DNA of 64,000 nt from an uncultured Pelagibacteraceae bacterium (GTDB taxonomy: Bacteria > Pseudomonadota > Alphaproteobacteria > Pelagibacterales > AG-422-B15), in the NCBI GenBank assembly GCA_902571005.1, contig CACGAG010000009.1, forward strand, positions 184-64,183, written 5' to 3'. Every line of letters begins with the position of its first letter. Position 1 is the first letter of the stretch. The notes beneath the pieces were generated by a model, which was not told the DNA's origin, did no database searches, and saw nothing but the letters and a program-made list of their open reading frames with translations. Below are positions 1 to 12,474 of the stretch, in pieces. Made by a program: the position numbers and the translations under genes.

Positions 1-32
1 AGCAAATTGGGAGAGAATTGTAGGCAAAAAAC

Positions 33-1949
<1,917 letters not shown>

Positions 1950-1968
1950 AATGACTTAATTTATTTTC

Positions 1969-2583
1969 TTAATTCAATATATTGTAGATGGGTTTGAAAC
2001 TTTTTCGATGGATAGGGGTAATTCCATGAGACTTCAGAGCCAAAAGGTGCTCTTTTGTTCCGTACCCTGCATTTTTTTCAAATGAATATTCAGGATATTT
2101 GTCAGCAAGATTGGTCATAATCTTATCTCTGTAAACTTTGGCTAGAATTGAAGCTGCAGCAATTGAAATTGATTTACTGTCACCTTTAACAATTGGTTTG
2201 CATTTTAAATCAACTTTAGGCGTATATATTCCATCAATAAGAGACATTGATGGTACTATTTTTAGCGACTCAATAGCTCTTTTCATTGCAAGTAACGAAG
2301 CTTGTAAAATATTTAAATTATCAATTTCTTCTACTGACGCCTCTCCATATGCGTAATGACTGTTTAATCTAATTTTTTCTGCAATTATCTCTCTTTTACT
2401 TTTTGATATTTTTTTTGAATCTCTGATACCTTCAGGAAGGTTATTTTTATTCAAAATTACTGCCGCTGCCACTACTGGTCCCGCTAAAGGACCACGTCCT
2501 ACCTCATCGACACCAGCAACTGGACAATTAAAATTTTTTTCAAAATCCAACAAATTGATTTGACCGTTAAAATTATGACTCAA
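1969..2583 (-). CDS. rnhB: Ribonuclease HII
   Basis: AGVDEVGRGPLAGPVVAAA, DSKK, KGDSKSISIAAASILAKV, GYGTKEH, HRKSF. Confidence 0.97.
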   Translation of the reverse strand: MSHNFNGQINLLDFEKNFNCPVAGVDEVGRGPLAGPVVAAAVILNKNNLPEGIRDSKKISKSKREIIAEKIRLNSHYAYGEASVEEIDNLNILQASLLAMKRAIESLKIVPSMSLIDGIYTPKVDLKCKPIVKGDSKSISIAAASILAKVYRDKIMTNLADKYPEYSFEKNAGYGTKEHLLALKSHGITPIHRKSFKPIYNILN

Positions 2584-3328
2584 CTTTTTTCTTAAGACTT
2601 TTTAAGTCCTCCCACGAATATTTTTTTTGTCCAGGCTGCCTTAATAAAAAAGCAGGGTGAAAAGTGGGTAGGGTGGGATATTGTTTTTGATTAATTTCAA
2701 TATCTACCCATTTACCCCTAATCTTTGTTATTCCTTCAGTATTTCTAATAAGTGCATAAGTCGCTGTTGATCCTAATAGCAATATTGCTTTGGGATTAAT
2801 CAACTCTATGTGTTTCTTAATCATTGGCAGACACATATCTATTTCTTCATCTGTGGGTCGTCTGTTATTAGGAGGTCTCCAAGGTACAATATTTGCAATG
2901 TATACCTTTTCTCGATTAAGGTTTATTGCCTCAAGCATTTTATCTAGAAGTTTACCGCTTCTACCAACAAAGGGTTTTCCTTGAATGTCCTCATCATGGC
3001 CAGGAGCTTCACCAATAAGCATAATTTCTGATTTTGGGTTTCCATCAGAAAACACCATATTCGTCGCACTTTCGTGAAGCTTACATTTGTCATAATTTGC
3101 CATGAAGTCTTTTAATGAATCTAATGATTCTAGTGAGTTGATAGTTTTTTGATCCTCAATCGATGAGTTATTAACAGATATAGAGCTGTCACTAGTTTTT
3201 GATTTCGATGATTTTTTGGCTCCGTAGCGATTTTTTGGCTTATTTCCAATGTTTTCATTGACCCCACTCATCTTTAAGTGGTTGAGCTGCTTCAGAGTGT
3301 TTTGAACTTTTGCATCGGTCATAAACAA
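2573..3328 (-). CDS. Uracil-DNA glycosylase family 4 (SPO1 polymerase-related)
   Basis: IGEAPG, PFVGRSGKLLD, NIVPWRPPNNR, TFHPAFLLRQP motifs. Confidence 0.92.
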   Translation of the reverse strand: MFMTDAKVQNTLKQLNHLKMSGVNENIGNKPKNRYGAKKSSKSKTSDSSISVNNSSIEDQKTINSLESLDSLKDFMANYDKCKLHESATNMVFSDGNPKSEIMLIGEAPGHDEDIQGKPFVGRSGKLLDKMLEAINLNREKVYIANIVPWRPPNNRRPTDEEIDMCLPMIKKHIELINPKAILLLGSTATYALIRNTEGITKIRGKWVDIEINQKQYPTLPTFHPAFLLRQPGQKKYSWEDLKSLKKKVES

Positions 3329-3368
3329 ATTGAATTATAGTACCTATAAACTAAATATATATATAATA

Positions 3369-5015
3369 ATGGATACTATTCAGCAAAGAGAATCAATGGA
3401 GTACGATGTTGTAATCGTGGGCGCAGGTCCTTCAGGCCTTTCAACCGCGATAAAACTCAAACAAATAAACCCAGAAATTAATGTCTGCATTGTAGAGAAA
3501 GCATCTGAGGTTGGCGCTCATATATTAAGTGGAAATGTATTTGAAACAAGAGCTCTTGATGAGCTACTTCCAGATTGGAAAACTATAGACGGCTGTCCTC
3601 TGAAAACAAAAGTCACAAAAGAAAAGTTTTTATTTCTCTTTGAGAAATCTCACTTTACAGTTCCCTCGTTTTTATTACCTCCTGTTCAACACAATAAAGG
3701 AAACTACATCGCTAGCCTTGCGAATATGTGCAGATGGCTCGGACAAATCGCTGAAAACTTAGGAGTTGAAATATATCCTGGTTTTGCAGCTTCTGAAATA
3801 TTGTATGATGAAGATGGAAAAGTAAAAGGCGTGGCCACAAATGACATGGGACTGGACGCAAATAATGAAAAAAAAGATTCCTATGAGCCTGGTATTGAGC
3901 TACACGCAAAAACAACAGTATTTGCTGAGGGGTGTAGAGGTCATTTAGGTAAGCAATTAATAGAGAAGTTTGAACTCGCAAAAAATTCAGACCCACAACA
4001 GTATGGAATTGGTTTGAAAGAAATATGGGAGGTACCTAAAGAAAATCATGATGAAGGCTTAGTCTTTCATTCAACTGGTTGGCCCTTAGATAATAAAACC
4101 TATGGAGGAAGTTTTGTTTACCATGCAGAAAATAATCAAATATTTTTGGGATATGTAGTTGGACTTGATTATAAGAATCCATATTTGTCACCTTTTGAAG
4201 AATTTCAAAGGTTTAAAACACATCCTGCAATAGAAAAAATGTTGAGTGGCGGGAAAAGAGTATCCTACGGTGCCAGAGCATTGATTGAGGGTGGCATACA
4301 AAGTCTGCCTCAGATGTACATGCCGGGCGCATTATTAATAGGCTGTGATGCCGGTACGCTAAATATGCCAAAAATAAAGGGAACTCACACTGCCATGAAA
4401 AGTGGAATGATTGCCGCTGAAGCTATTAATGAATTCCTCTCAGGTAAGTCGAATGATCTATCTTGTTACGAGGCTTTATTCAAAAAGAGTTGGGTTTATA
4501 GCGAATTAAAATCTGCTAGGAATGTTAAACCTTTCTTTACAAGGTTTGGAAATATCCTTGGTATTTTACTTACAGGGATCGATCAGTGGTTATTTATGGG
4601 AAAGCTTCCTTTTACTCTATCGCATAAGCATGCTGATCATGAAACATTAGAAGATGCAAAAGAAGCAAAAAAAATAAATTATCCAAAACCAGATGGCGTT
4701 TTAACTTTTGATAGGGCTAGTTCGGTATTTCTTACTGGAACTTATCATACTGAAAATCAACCTGTTCACCTTAAATTGAAGGATAAAGAATTACCTATCA
4801 GTTATACGCTAGATAAGTTTGATGAGCCCTCTCAAAGGTACTGCCCAGTAGGTGTTTATGAAGTTCATAGAAATGATGATGGTTCAGATCCAAAATTTGT
4901 AATTAATAGTCAGAACTGCATACATTGCAAAACATGCGATATTAAAGAACCGTCACAAAACATAAACTGGGTAACACCAGAGGGTGGCGGTGGCCCAAAA
5001 TATGCAAATATGTAA
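3369..5015 (+). CDS. Electron transfer flavoprotein-ubiquinone oxidoreductase
   Basis: DVVIVGAGPSGL FAD motif, GAHILSG, C-terminal 4Fe-4S CPVGVYE...QNCIHCKTCDIKEPSQNINW; start moved to ATG 3369 (ORF track begins at TTG 3330). Confidence 0.95.
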   Translation: MDTIQQRESMEYDVVIVGAGPSGLSTAIKLKQINPEINVCIVEKASEVGAHILSGNVFETRALDELLPDWKTIDGCPLKTKVTKEKFLFLFEKSHFTVPSFLLPPVQHNKGNYIASLANMCRWLGQIAENLGVEIYPGFAASEILYDEDGKVKGVATNDMGLDANNEKKDSYEPGIELHAKTTVFAEGCRGHLGKQLIEKFELAKNSDPQQYGIGLKEIWEVPKENHDEGLVFHSTGWPLDNKTYGGSFVYHAENNQIFLGYVVGLDYKNPYLSPFEEFQRFKTHPAIEKMLSGGKRVSYGARALIEGGIQSLPQMYMPGALLIGCDAGTLNMPKIKGTHTAMKSGMIAAEAINEFLSGKSNDLSCYEALFKKSWVYSELKSARNVKPFFTRFGNILGILLTGIDQWLFMGKLPFTLSHKHADHETLEDAKEAKKINYPKPDGVLTFDRASSVFLTGTYHTENQPVHLKLKDKELPISYTLDKFDEPSQRYCPVGVYEVHRNDDGSDPKFVINSQNCIHCKTCDIKEPSQNINWVTPEGGGGPKYANM

Positions 5016-5026
5016 AGCATAAGTCT

Positions 5027-6685
5027 ATGCTTATAAGAACAATCATATTTTTACTAACATTTAACATTTCAAGCATTAATCTTTATGCAGCACAATTTAT
5101 TCCGCCTCAGGTGGGCGATTACTTAGTTGCAAAAATTTCTAGTGACTCAAATGACTACAGCACAACTAAGAGATATTATCAAAGGCTGCACAGATCAAAT
5201 CCAAACGATTTACTTGCTTTAGATAGATTGTTGTTGCTTAGTATCCTTGATGGGGATTTGCTTAGTGCAAATAACTACTCTTTTAAACTCGCGAAAGCAG
5301 GTTGCGATAAAAATGTGAATTCATGTTGTATGAATAATCAATCACCACAAGGTCATCTTGTTAATGGGATTTCTTACCTGAACTCTTATAAGCCAGGTTT
5401 TGCTGACCAAAGTTTTGCTAGTATTTGGAGAGGGAATTTATCTGATAGCACGTTTGTAAGACTGCTCAGAGCTTGGGTATGGGCCGATAGTAATACGATA
5501 GATAAAAGTATGGCGCTAATCGATTTAATTTCCACAGGCGAACATCAACACCTAACACTTGTGCATAAAGCTCTAATTTATGACTATGCTGATGAGATTG
5601 AATTAGCGGAAGTTTTTTATGACCAATCTTTATCAGTACAAAGAGATTTATACGTTTTACGTCTATATTATAATTTTCTACACCGAAATAATTTGACTGA
5701 GAAGAAAGATGCTTTTGCAGATGAGTTTTTGTCTTCATATGATGAAGAATTTCAAAATAAATTTTTAACTTCAAATAAAAATAGGATTATTCAAAACCCT
5801 CTTCAAGGAATAGGAGTGGTTTTATTTAATTCACAACTATTGATTGAGGATTTAAATGAAGAACTCGCACATATGTTATATCAACTAGCAATTGATACTT
5901 CTCCTAATTTACATGAGATCAAGTATATATTTGCTTCTTTTCTTAATCAGTTGGAAAATCATGATAAGGCAAGAGAGGTGCTGAGTTATATCCCAAAGAA
6001 GCATTATCTAGGTAATTTTGCTGCAATTCAAATTTCAGATGCATATAGCTACGAGGGCAACAATGATCAAGCAATTCAAAATCTCAATACGTTTGTCGAA
6101 GTTGATGATAGCTTTGAAGCTTACCTTTCACTTGGAAATTATCACCGTTATGAAAAGAATTGGTCTGATGCAATCGATAATTACGATCATGCATTAAAGC
6201 TTGGTAAAAAATTTGATAAAGAAAACATTTGGGAAGTTTACTTTAATATTGGAATTGTTCATGAACGTTCTAAAAATTGGAAGTTAGCTGAAAAAAATTT
6301 AAAAAGATCATTGAAACTATCTGAAGATCAAGCAGATGTTCTCAATTATTTAGGATATTCTTATATCGATATGGATCAAAATATATCCGAGGCTAAAGTT
6401 ATGATAGAACAAGCAATGGAATTGAAACCAAACGATCCATACATAGTTGATAGCCTTGCTTGGTATTATTTTAAAGTTGGTAAGTATAATGAAGCGCTTT
6501 CTTTATTGGAGTTTTCTTTGGATATGATGCCATACGATCCAACTGTAAATGATCATTATGGCGATGTGCTCTGGAAGCTGGGAAATGAACTTGAAGCACG
6601 TTTTTATTGGCAGAAAGCCATAGATTTAGATCAGGAAAATATATTTGAGGATAAAGTTAAAATCAAACTACTTAAAGGAATCTAA
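5027..6685 (+). CDS. Exported tetratricopeptide-repeat protein
   Basis: Signal peptide, C-terminal TPRs (LNYLGYS, DSLAWYYF, DHYGDVLWKLG); usual position upstream of ispE. Confidence 0.85.
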   Translation: MLIRTIIFLLTFNISSINLYAAQFIPPQVGDYLVAKISSDSNDYSTTKRYYQRLHRSNPNDLLALDRLLLLSILDGDLLSANNYSFKLAKAGCDKNVNSCCMNNQSPQGHLVNGISYLNSYKPGFADQSFASIWRGNLSDSTFVRLLRAWVWADSNTIDKSMALIDLISTGEHQHLTLVHKALIYDYADEIELAEVFYDQSLSVQRDLYVLRLYYNFLHRNNLTEKKDAFADEFLSSYDEEFQNKFLTSNKNRIIQNPLQGIGVVLFNSQLLIEDLNEELAHMLYQLAIDTSPNLHEIKYIFASFLNQLENHDKAREVLSYIPKKHYLGNFAAIQISDAYSYEGNNDQAIQNLNTFVEVDDSFEAYLSLGNYHRYEKNWSDAIDNYDHALKLGKKFDKENIWEVYFNIGIVHERSKNWKLAEKNLKRSLKLSEDQADVLNYLGYSYIDMDQNISEAKVMIEQAMELKPNDPYIVDSLAWYYFKVGKYNEALSLLEFSLDMMPYDPTVNDHYGDVLWKLGNELEARFYWQKAIDLDQENIFEDKVKIKLLKGI

Positions 6686-6690
6686 GTACG

Positions 6691-7524
6691 TTGTTGAATA
6701 ACATAAAATCCTACGCAAAAATAAATCTTTTCTTAAATGTAGTAAACAAACTTGATACTGGTTTTCACGAATTAAACTCAGTGTTATCAAGGATTGATCT
6801 TTTTGATGAGATTAGAATAAAAGATGAAAGCTCATTTAGTATCTCATATAGTGGCCCTTTTGGAGATCAAGTAGGATCCAATGATAATGTTTCTAAATTA
6901 TTTAACTATTTAATCGATAAGAATTATTTAAAGCAGAAATCATTTGCTATTCAAGTTGTAAAAAATATACCAGTGGGATCGGGTTTAGGTGGCGGTTCAT
7001 CAAATGTCGCAGAAATAATTAAATATTTAATAAGATCCAATTTGTTAGATAATTCAAGCTCAACTGAGATTGCAAGAGATCTTGGGTCAGACATTGAATT
7101 TTTTATTGATGAGGGATCTGCACTGATTTCTGGAAAAGGGAATGTTGATCAAAGGTTAAAAATCAATTCGGATAAGCATTTTCTAATTGTATTTCCAAAT
7201 GTTCAAAATAGTACTAAGGAAATTTTTAATAAACACTCTAATTTAAGTGGAGAAAAATTCTCATACAATAACGATACTAACTTAGATAGAATTTTAAAAG
7301 GTACATCAAATGAATTGGAAAAAACGGCACTTCTTGCAAATCAAGAAATGAAAAAAATAAGAGAATATTTAGAAAATGATATAAATTGTAAGTATGAACG
7401 AATGACAGGAAGTGGCTCTGCATATTTTACTGTTTATGAAGATAAACAAAAGGCAGAGGAAGCAATACAGAGGATATCTGAAGAACACCCCAATTGGTGG
7501 ACATATTTAACGAGGTTAATATAA
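6691..7524 (+). CDS. ispE: 4-diphosphocytidyl-2-C-methyl-D-erythritol kinase
   Basis: AKINLFL, GFHEL, KNIPVGSGLGGGSSN, LGSD, MTGSGS GHMP kinase motifs; TTG start. Confidence 0.93.
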   Translation: MLNNIKSYAKINLFLNVVNKLDTGFHELNSVLSRIDLFDEIRIKDESSFSISYSGPFGDQVGSNDNVSKLFNYLIDKNYLKQKSFAIQVVKNIPVGSGLGGGSSNVAEIIKYLIRSNLLDNSSSTEIARDLGSDIEFFIDEGSALISGKGNVDQRLKINSDKHFLIVFPNVQNSTKEIFNKHSNLSGEKFSYNNDTNLDRILKGTSNELEKTALLANQEMKKIREYLENDINCKYERMTGSGSAYFTVYEDKQKAEEAIQRISEEHPNWWTYLTRLI

Positions 7525-7567
7525 AGATTGCAAAATCTTTTTCTTAAATTAAATAATTATATAGCGT

Positions 7568-7642
7568 TGGGGCGTGGCCAAGCGGTAAGGCACCGCTTTT
7601 TGGTAGCGGCATTCGGAGGTTCGAATCCTCCCGCCCCAGCCA
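7568..7642 (+). tRNA. tRNA-Gln(UUG)
   Basis: TGGGGCG acceptor pairing with CGCCCCA-GCCA, D arm GCCAAGCGGTAAGGC, anticodon stem CCGCT/AGCGG with TTG, T loop GGTTCGAATCC. Confidence 0.96.
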
Positions 7643-7657
7643 ATTAGGATTAAAAAT

Positions 7658-8209
7658 ATGAGTAATTTTTTAAGTAAGTATAAATCAGTATACGATGTCT
7701 TTTTAGACAACTGGGGCTATCAGAAACATTATGTGGCTTATTTAGAGTCTCTAATGAGACAAGAAACACTATTACCAACACACATTAAAGAGATGATATT
7801 CGCCTATGTCTCAGGATTAAATGGCTGTGGGTACTGCAAGAATATTCATGTTGAAATATCAAAGAAAATTTTAAGAGACAAGAATGACCTAGATTTTATG
7901 AATGATATTGAACAATCACAAATAGAAGCTAAGTATAAGCCAATTCTAAAATTATCTCACAAAGTAAATGAAGACATTCGCTCAATTACTGAAGAAGATG
8001 TAACTGCTATATTAGAATATGGCTTTGATGAAAAAGTTATATCCGAAATTATCTCTATTTGTTCTGCTGCACAATTTATGAATACCACAGTTGTTGCTCA
8101 TCAAATAAAGCCTCTTGATCAAGTTCAAAATGTTGCATCAGCGAAAATGATGATTGAGAAAGGTTACGATGGGCTTGCTGAATTTATGTTAAGAAGACGT
8201 AATAAATAA
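7658..8209 (+). CDS. AhpD/carboxymuconolactone decarboxylase-like peroxidase-related protein
   Basis: EMIFAYVSGLNGCGYCKNIH CxxC motif typical of the AhpD-like family. Confidence 0.8.
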   Translation: MSNFLSKYKSVYDVFLDNWGYQKHYVAYLESLMRQETLLPTHIKEMIFAYVSGLNGCGYCKNIHVEISKKILRDKNDLDFMNDIEQSQIEAKYKPILKLSHKVNEDIRSITEEDVTAILEYGFDEKVISEIISICSAAQFMNTTVVAHQIKPLDQVQNVASAKMMIEKGYDGLAEFMLRRRNK

Positions 8210-8210
8210 T

Positions 8211-8585
8211 TTAAAAAAATTTGAATAAACTTAGCCCAAGATAAAAAGCTATAACCGTAAATGTGAATGTCACAAACAGATATAAAAGTGAGGCTAAAAT
8301 TTCTCCGTTGTTGAATAATTGATAAAAATCCAAATTAAAAGTTGAAAAGGTCGTGAAACCTCCGAGGAAACCAATAGTTAAAAACATTTTTATATTTTGA
8401 GATACATTAACTTTGTCTACAAAATAACTAACGACTAATCCCATCAAAAATGCCCCAAGAACATTGACAACTATTGTTCCAAATGGAAATGAACTTAAAA
8501 ATAATCGATCAGTCTGTTCACTGATAAGAAAACGCAATAAAGCTCCGACGCCTCCACCTAAAAAAATGGATAACAAAATACTCAT
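8211..8585 (-). CDS. crcB: Fluoride channel CrcB/Fluc
   Basis: GGGVGALLRF, FPFGTIVVN, GFLGGFTTFSTF signature; 4 TM segments. Confidence 0.95.
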   Translation of the reverse strand: MSILLSIFLGGGVGALLRFLISEQTDRLFLSSFPFGTIVVNVLGAFLMGLVVSYFVDKVNVSQNIKMFLTIGFLGGFTTFSTFNLDFYQLFNNGEILASLLYLFVTFTFTVIAFYLGLSLFKFF

Positions 8586-9427
8586 CAGTTCATACCCACC
8601 AAATGAGCCAATAATCCAAAGTGATCGCTTGGAAAAAATTTATTTTTTTTTGTACCGACAAGGTTGCACTCAATTGGATGACCCAGACCATTAGGTCCAG
8701 GTTTACCCAAAAATATATAATCAATTCGTCGATTATATTCTAAAGTTTTTTTTGCCCAATCATTGCTGTTTGACCAAGTGTAACCAGGATCGTTTCTATT
8801 TGTTAATTTCCATACATCTCTTAAAACGATATCGTTTACCGGCTTAGTTAAACCAGTAATCTTTCTTATTTCATCACTTTCAGGATCAGCATTGAAATCT
8901 CCACACAAAATTATGGGGAATTTTGATGGTTCTAATTTACTAATGTATTCTAATATTTGATTTACTTGATCTTCTCTTACTTGTTGGTGTTCATATTTAT
9001 AATTAAGGTGGGTGCAAATAACGTTAATCGTTTCACTTTTGTATTTTAATGAAAGATGAAGCAAAAATCTTTTTTCATCTTTCTCTGCTTTAGTCTTAAA
9101 CATTACAGTATGGTGAGAATTGATTGGGAATTTAGTAATGATTGCATTTCCAAACGCAACACCATCAAATTCAAATGATTTTTCAAAGATATAGTTATAC
9201 CCAAGTTGATCTGCAATTATTTTAGCCTGACTTTCATCAGTTTCTTCCCACACTTCTTGTAGACACAAAATATCTGGACAAGAATTATTGATTTCAGAAA
9301 TGATTAGATTTTCTCGTTCCTTATAGTTTTCAAATTTCCACCATATGTTCCAGGTTAAAAGCTTAATTATATCAGTATTTAAATCAATTGAACTTGCATC
9401 TGGATCAGGAAATGATTTATCACTCAT
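8585..9427 (-). CDS. Endonuclease/exonuclease/phosphatase (EEP) family protein
   Basis: TWNIW, LQEV, GNAI, THL, CGDFNA, RIDYIF, SDH catalytic motifs. Confidence 0.88.
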   Translation of the reverse strand: MSDKSFPDPDASSIDLNTDIIKLLTWNIWWKFENYKERENLIISEINNSCPDILCLQEVWEETDESQAKIIADQLGYNYIFEKSFEFDGVAFGNAIITKFPINSHHTVMFKTKAEKDEKRFLLHLSLKYKSETINVICTHLNYKYEHQQVREDQVNQILEYISKLEPSKFPIILCGDFNADPESDEIRKITGLTKPVNDIVLRDVWKLTNRNDPGYTWSNSNDWAKKTLEYNRRIDYIFLGKPGPNGLGHPIECNLVGTKKNKFFPSDHFGLLAHLVGMN

Positions 9428-9429
9428 TT

Positions 9430-9885
9430 TTAAGGAAAAGCTACCATGATTTGTTCTGCAACATACGCTGGTTTGTCTTGTCCTTCAATTTCGAGAGTAG
9501 CCTCACTGATTACCTGCGTTCCACCATTATCTAATTTGTTTACCTCTTTGATTTTTATTCCCATTCTCACACGGGAATTAACTGGAACCATATTAATAAA
9601 CCTTACTTTATTTAAGCCATAATTAATCATCATTTTAGCCCCTGTAACTGTCCATATTTTACCAGCCAACGGTACTGATAGAGAAAGGCTTAAGAAGCCA
9701 TGAGCAATTGTGCTTTTAGTAGGAAGTTCTTTTTGAGCTTTTTCTTCATTAACATGTATCCACTGATGGTCACCAGTTGCATCGGCAAATAAATTTATTC
9801 TATCCTGATCAATTGACATCCAATCTGAATGCCCCATATCTTTACCTTTATAATTTTCTAAATCCTTTACATCCACACTTTGCAT
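9430..9885 (-). CDS. MaoC-family dehydratase
   Basis: FADATGDHQWIHV, TIAHGFLSLS, NYGLNKVRF. Confidence 0.92.
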   Translation of the reverse strand: MQSVDVKDLENYKGKDMGHSDWMSIDQDRINLFADATGDHQWIHVNEEKAQKELPTKSTIAHGFLSLSLSVPLAGKIWTVTGAKMMINYGLNKVRFINMVPVNSRVRMGIKIKEVNKLDNGGTQVISEATLEIEGQDKPAYVAEQIMVAFP

Positions 9886-10001
9886 AGTAAATCTCCAAAA
9901 TAATTAAATATATCTTGAGAATATTATCTAATTAAAAAGATTATTGAAGTTTTATAATGAAAAATATTGATAAATCCATTAATTATGAATTCAAGTAAAG
10001 C

Positions 10002-10583
10002 ATGAACGATAATCCAGTAAATTTAAAAGGACTAGAAACAATTTATAGTTTCAGTAAGAAAAATAAGCAATCACTGCCACCTGTAGAAAAATGGAACCCT
10101 CCATTTTGTGGTGATATTGACATGAAGATTTTAAGAAATGGAAAGTGGTTTTACATGGGCTCTGAAATAAAAAGACCTGCGATGGTTAAACTTTTTTCAA
10201 GCATCTTAAGATTAGATGAAGATGCATGCTATTATCTAGTTACGCCCGTTGAGAAAGTTAGAATTCAGGTTGAAGATGCACCGTTTGTTGCTGTGTCTCT
10301 TAATAAAGTTAAGATAAGTAGTAAAACTGGCTATCTATTTAAAACAAACCTCAATGAAGAAATTCTTCTCTCTAAAGATAATCCATTAACAATTAAAATT
10401 GGAGAAAATTCAGAACCTTCACCCTATATTTTGATCAGAAAGAATCTCAATGCACTTTTATCCAGATCAGTTTTTTATGAACTAGTGGACCTTGCAAAGG
10501 AAAAGATAATTAATAATAAAAAATGCTTAGTTATAGAAAGTATGGGTGAAAGTTTCAATATTCATGAAGTTGAAAAAGAATGA
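10002..10583 (+). CDS. DUF1285 family protein
   Basis: LPPVEKWNPPFCGDIDM, YLVTPVEKVRIQVEDAPF; usual position upstream of CoA pyrophosphatase and cca. Confidence 0.85.
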   Translation: MNDNPVNLKGLETIYSFSKKNKQSLPPVEKWNPPFCGDIDMKILRNGKWFYMGSEIKRPAMVKLFSSILRLDEDACYYLVTPVEKVRIQVEDAPFVAVSLNKVKISSKTGYLFKTNLNEEILLSKDNPLTIKIGENSEPSPYILIRKNLNALLSRSVFYELVDLAKEKIINNKKCLVIESMGESFNIHEVEKE

Positions 10584-11218
10584 TGCCTTTAGAAAAATTG
10601 AGGGATTTATTTGATGGTCCAGATAAGATATCTCATGAGTATTTTGAAATACTTACAAATGATTTTTTAACAAGACATCATCACCCTCTAGCAAAGGCTG
10701 AAAAAGATAAAGCTAAGCTAAATCCATCAGCTGTACTTGTACCCATATGTTATTCAAATGATGAAGTAAAAATATTATTAACTAAAAGACTGGATAATTT
10801 AAAAGATCATGCGGGGCAAATTAGTTTCCCCGGAGGTAAAATTGAAAAAAATGATACGTCTCCAATAGAAACTGCTTTACGAGAAGCTAACGAAGAAGTT
10901 GGTTTAAGGTCTGGTGATGTAAATGTGCTGGGGAATCTTGATGTATATATAACTGGTACAGGATTTAGGATCATGCCAATTGTATCTATAGTTTCTGATT
11001 ACTCTTATCTAAAGGCTAATCAAAATGAAGTAGATGAAATATTTTTTCTCCCCTTAGAATTCTTAATGGACTCAAATAATCATAAGAAAGAAAGTGCAAC
11101 ATATGAGGTAAACAATAAAATATATGAATACGACTATTATGTTTTACCTTATAAAGGTTATAATATCTGGGGAGCAACTGCTGGAATGTTGATTAATCTT
11201 TATCAAATTTTAAAATAA
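10580..11218 (+). CDS. Nudix CoA pyrophosphatase (NudL/PCD1-like)
   Basis: HAGQISFPGGK, Nudix box TALREANEEVG, IWGATAGML. Confidence 0.92.
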   Translation: MMPLEKLRDLFDGPDKISHEYFEILTNDFLTRHHHPLAKAEKDKAKLNPSAVLVPICYSNDEVKILLTKRLDNLKDHAGQISFPGGKIEKNDTSPIETALREANEEVGLRSGDVNVLGNLDVYITGTGFRIMPIVSIVSDYSYLKANQNEVDEIFFLPLEFLMDSNNHKKESATYEVNNKIYEYDYYVLPYKGYNIWGATAGMLINLYQILK

Positions 11219-11235
11219 TATAAATAATCTGTTTT

Positions 11236-12468
11236 ATGAGTAGATTTTCATCAATCCTAGAACAAATCGACGTTGCGCAAGTTTTTGGTCTTTTTGAAAC
11301 CTATCAAAAAAATAGTATTTTTGTTGTAGGAGGTGCTATCAGAGACGCACTTTTAAATAGGGAAATCACAGATATTGATTTTGCCACTTCCTTGGAGCCA
11401 AAAACTATTACTGAAATACTCAATAAAGAAAATATTAAATTTATTGATGTAGGAATAAATCATGGAACGGTTACAGCAATAATTAATGAAAGAAAGTTTG
11501 AAATTACAACTTTTAGAAACGATATTTTTACTGATGGAAGACATGCTCAAGTATCATTCTCAAATAGTTTAGAGAAAGATGCATTAAGGAGAGATTTTAC
11601 CATAAATGCAATGTATTTAGATAAGAGTGGAAATTTAATAGACCCTACAGATGGTAAAAAAGATTTAGAAAATAGAGTCGTTCGTTTCATAGGAAAGCCT
11701 GATGAAAGAATAAAAGAAGATTACCTTAGAATACTTAGGTATTTTCGTTTTTTAGCATTATTTGGCAATATATCCCCTGACGCAGAGGTGATGAAAACAA
11801 TTTCAGCTAATCTTGATAAGTTATCAGTTGTTTCTAAGGAAAGGCAATGGCATGAACTAAAGTCAATACTAAGTCTAACTGCGCCAAATAATGCAATTTC
11901 TGCAATGAGTGAAATTGGTTTATTTGATGATTATTTTAATGGCACTGGCATAAATGATGCATTTGTAAATTTAATTGAAATAGAAAATAAAATATCTTTT
12001 TCAATTGATCCAATATTGAGATTAAGTACTTTAATCGAAAACTCATTGGATAAAGCAAACACTATCATAAAAAAATTACCTTTATCAAAATCAGAATCTA
12101 CTGACTTATTGAAATTATGCACATTAAATAAAAAAGTCGTCTCTTACATGTCAATGAAGGAAGTTAGATATTTACTTTATCTATTAGGCCGTGACGGTTT
12201 TCAAAAACAAATACTTGTTACTTGGGCTAAGGATGCAAATAATAAAAATGAAGTAAACTGGAGATCTCTATATGAAGTCGCTCAAAGCTGGGAGAAGCCA
12301 TCTTTTGCTTTAACAGCCAAAGATGTAATAAACATGGGAATATCTCAGGGCCCAATGGTTGGAGACATTTTAAAAGAGGTTGAAGACTGGTGGGCAGAAA
12401 ATGATTTTATTGATGATAAATTTTCATTAATTGAAAGACTTAAAGCAATCGTCCAATCAAAAAAATAA
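11236..12468 (+). CDS. cca: CCA tRNA nucleotidyltransferase
   Basis: VGGAIRDALL, DIDFAT, EITTFR, DALRRDFTINA, EDYLRILRYFRF. Confidence 0.9.
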   Translation: MSRFSSILEQIDVAQVFGLFETYQKNSIFVVGGAIRDALLNREITDIDFATSLEPKTITEILNKENIKFIDVGINHGTVTAIINERKFEITTFRNDIFTDGRHAQVSFSNSLEKDALRRDFTINAMYLDKSGNLIDPTDGKKDLENRVVRFIGKPDERIKEDYLRILRYFRFLALFGNISPDAEVMKTISANLDKLSVVSKERQWHELKSILSLTAPNNAISAMSEIGLFDDYFNGTGINDAFVNLIEIENKISFSIDPILRLSTLIENSLDKANTIIKKLPLSKSESTDLLKLCTLNKKVVSYMSMKEVRYLLYLLGRDGFQKQILVTWAKDANNKNEVNWRSLYEVAQSWEKPSFALTAKDVINMGISQGPMVGDILKEVEDWWAENDFIDDKFSLIERLKAIVQSKK

Positions 12469-12474
12469 TTTTTT

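Noticed and set aside
1956-1972. CtrA box upstream of ccrM
   Set aside because: The two TTAA half-sites are 9 nt apart rather than 7, and TTAA is very common in this AT-rich DNA.
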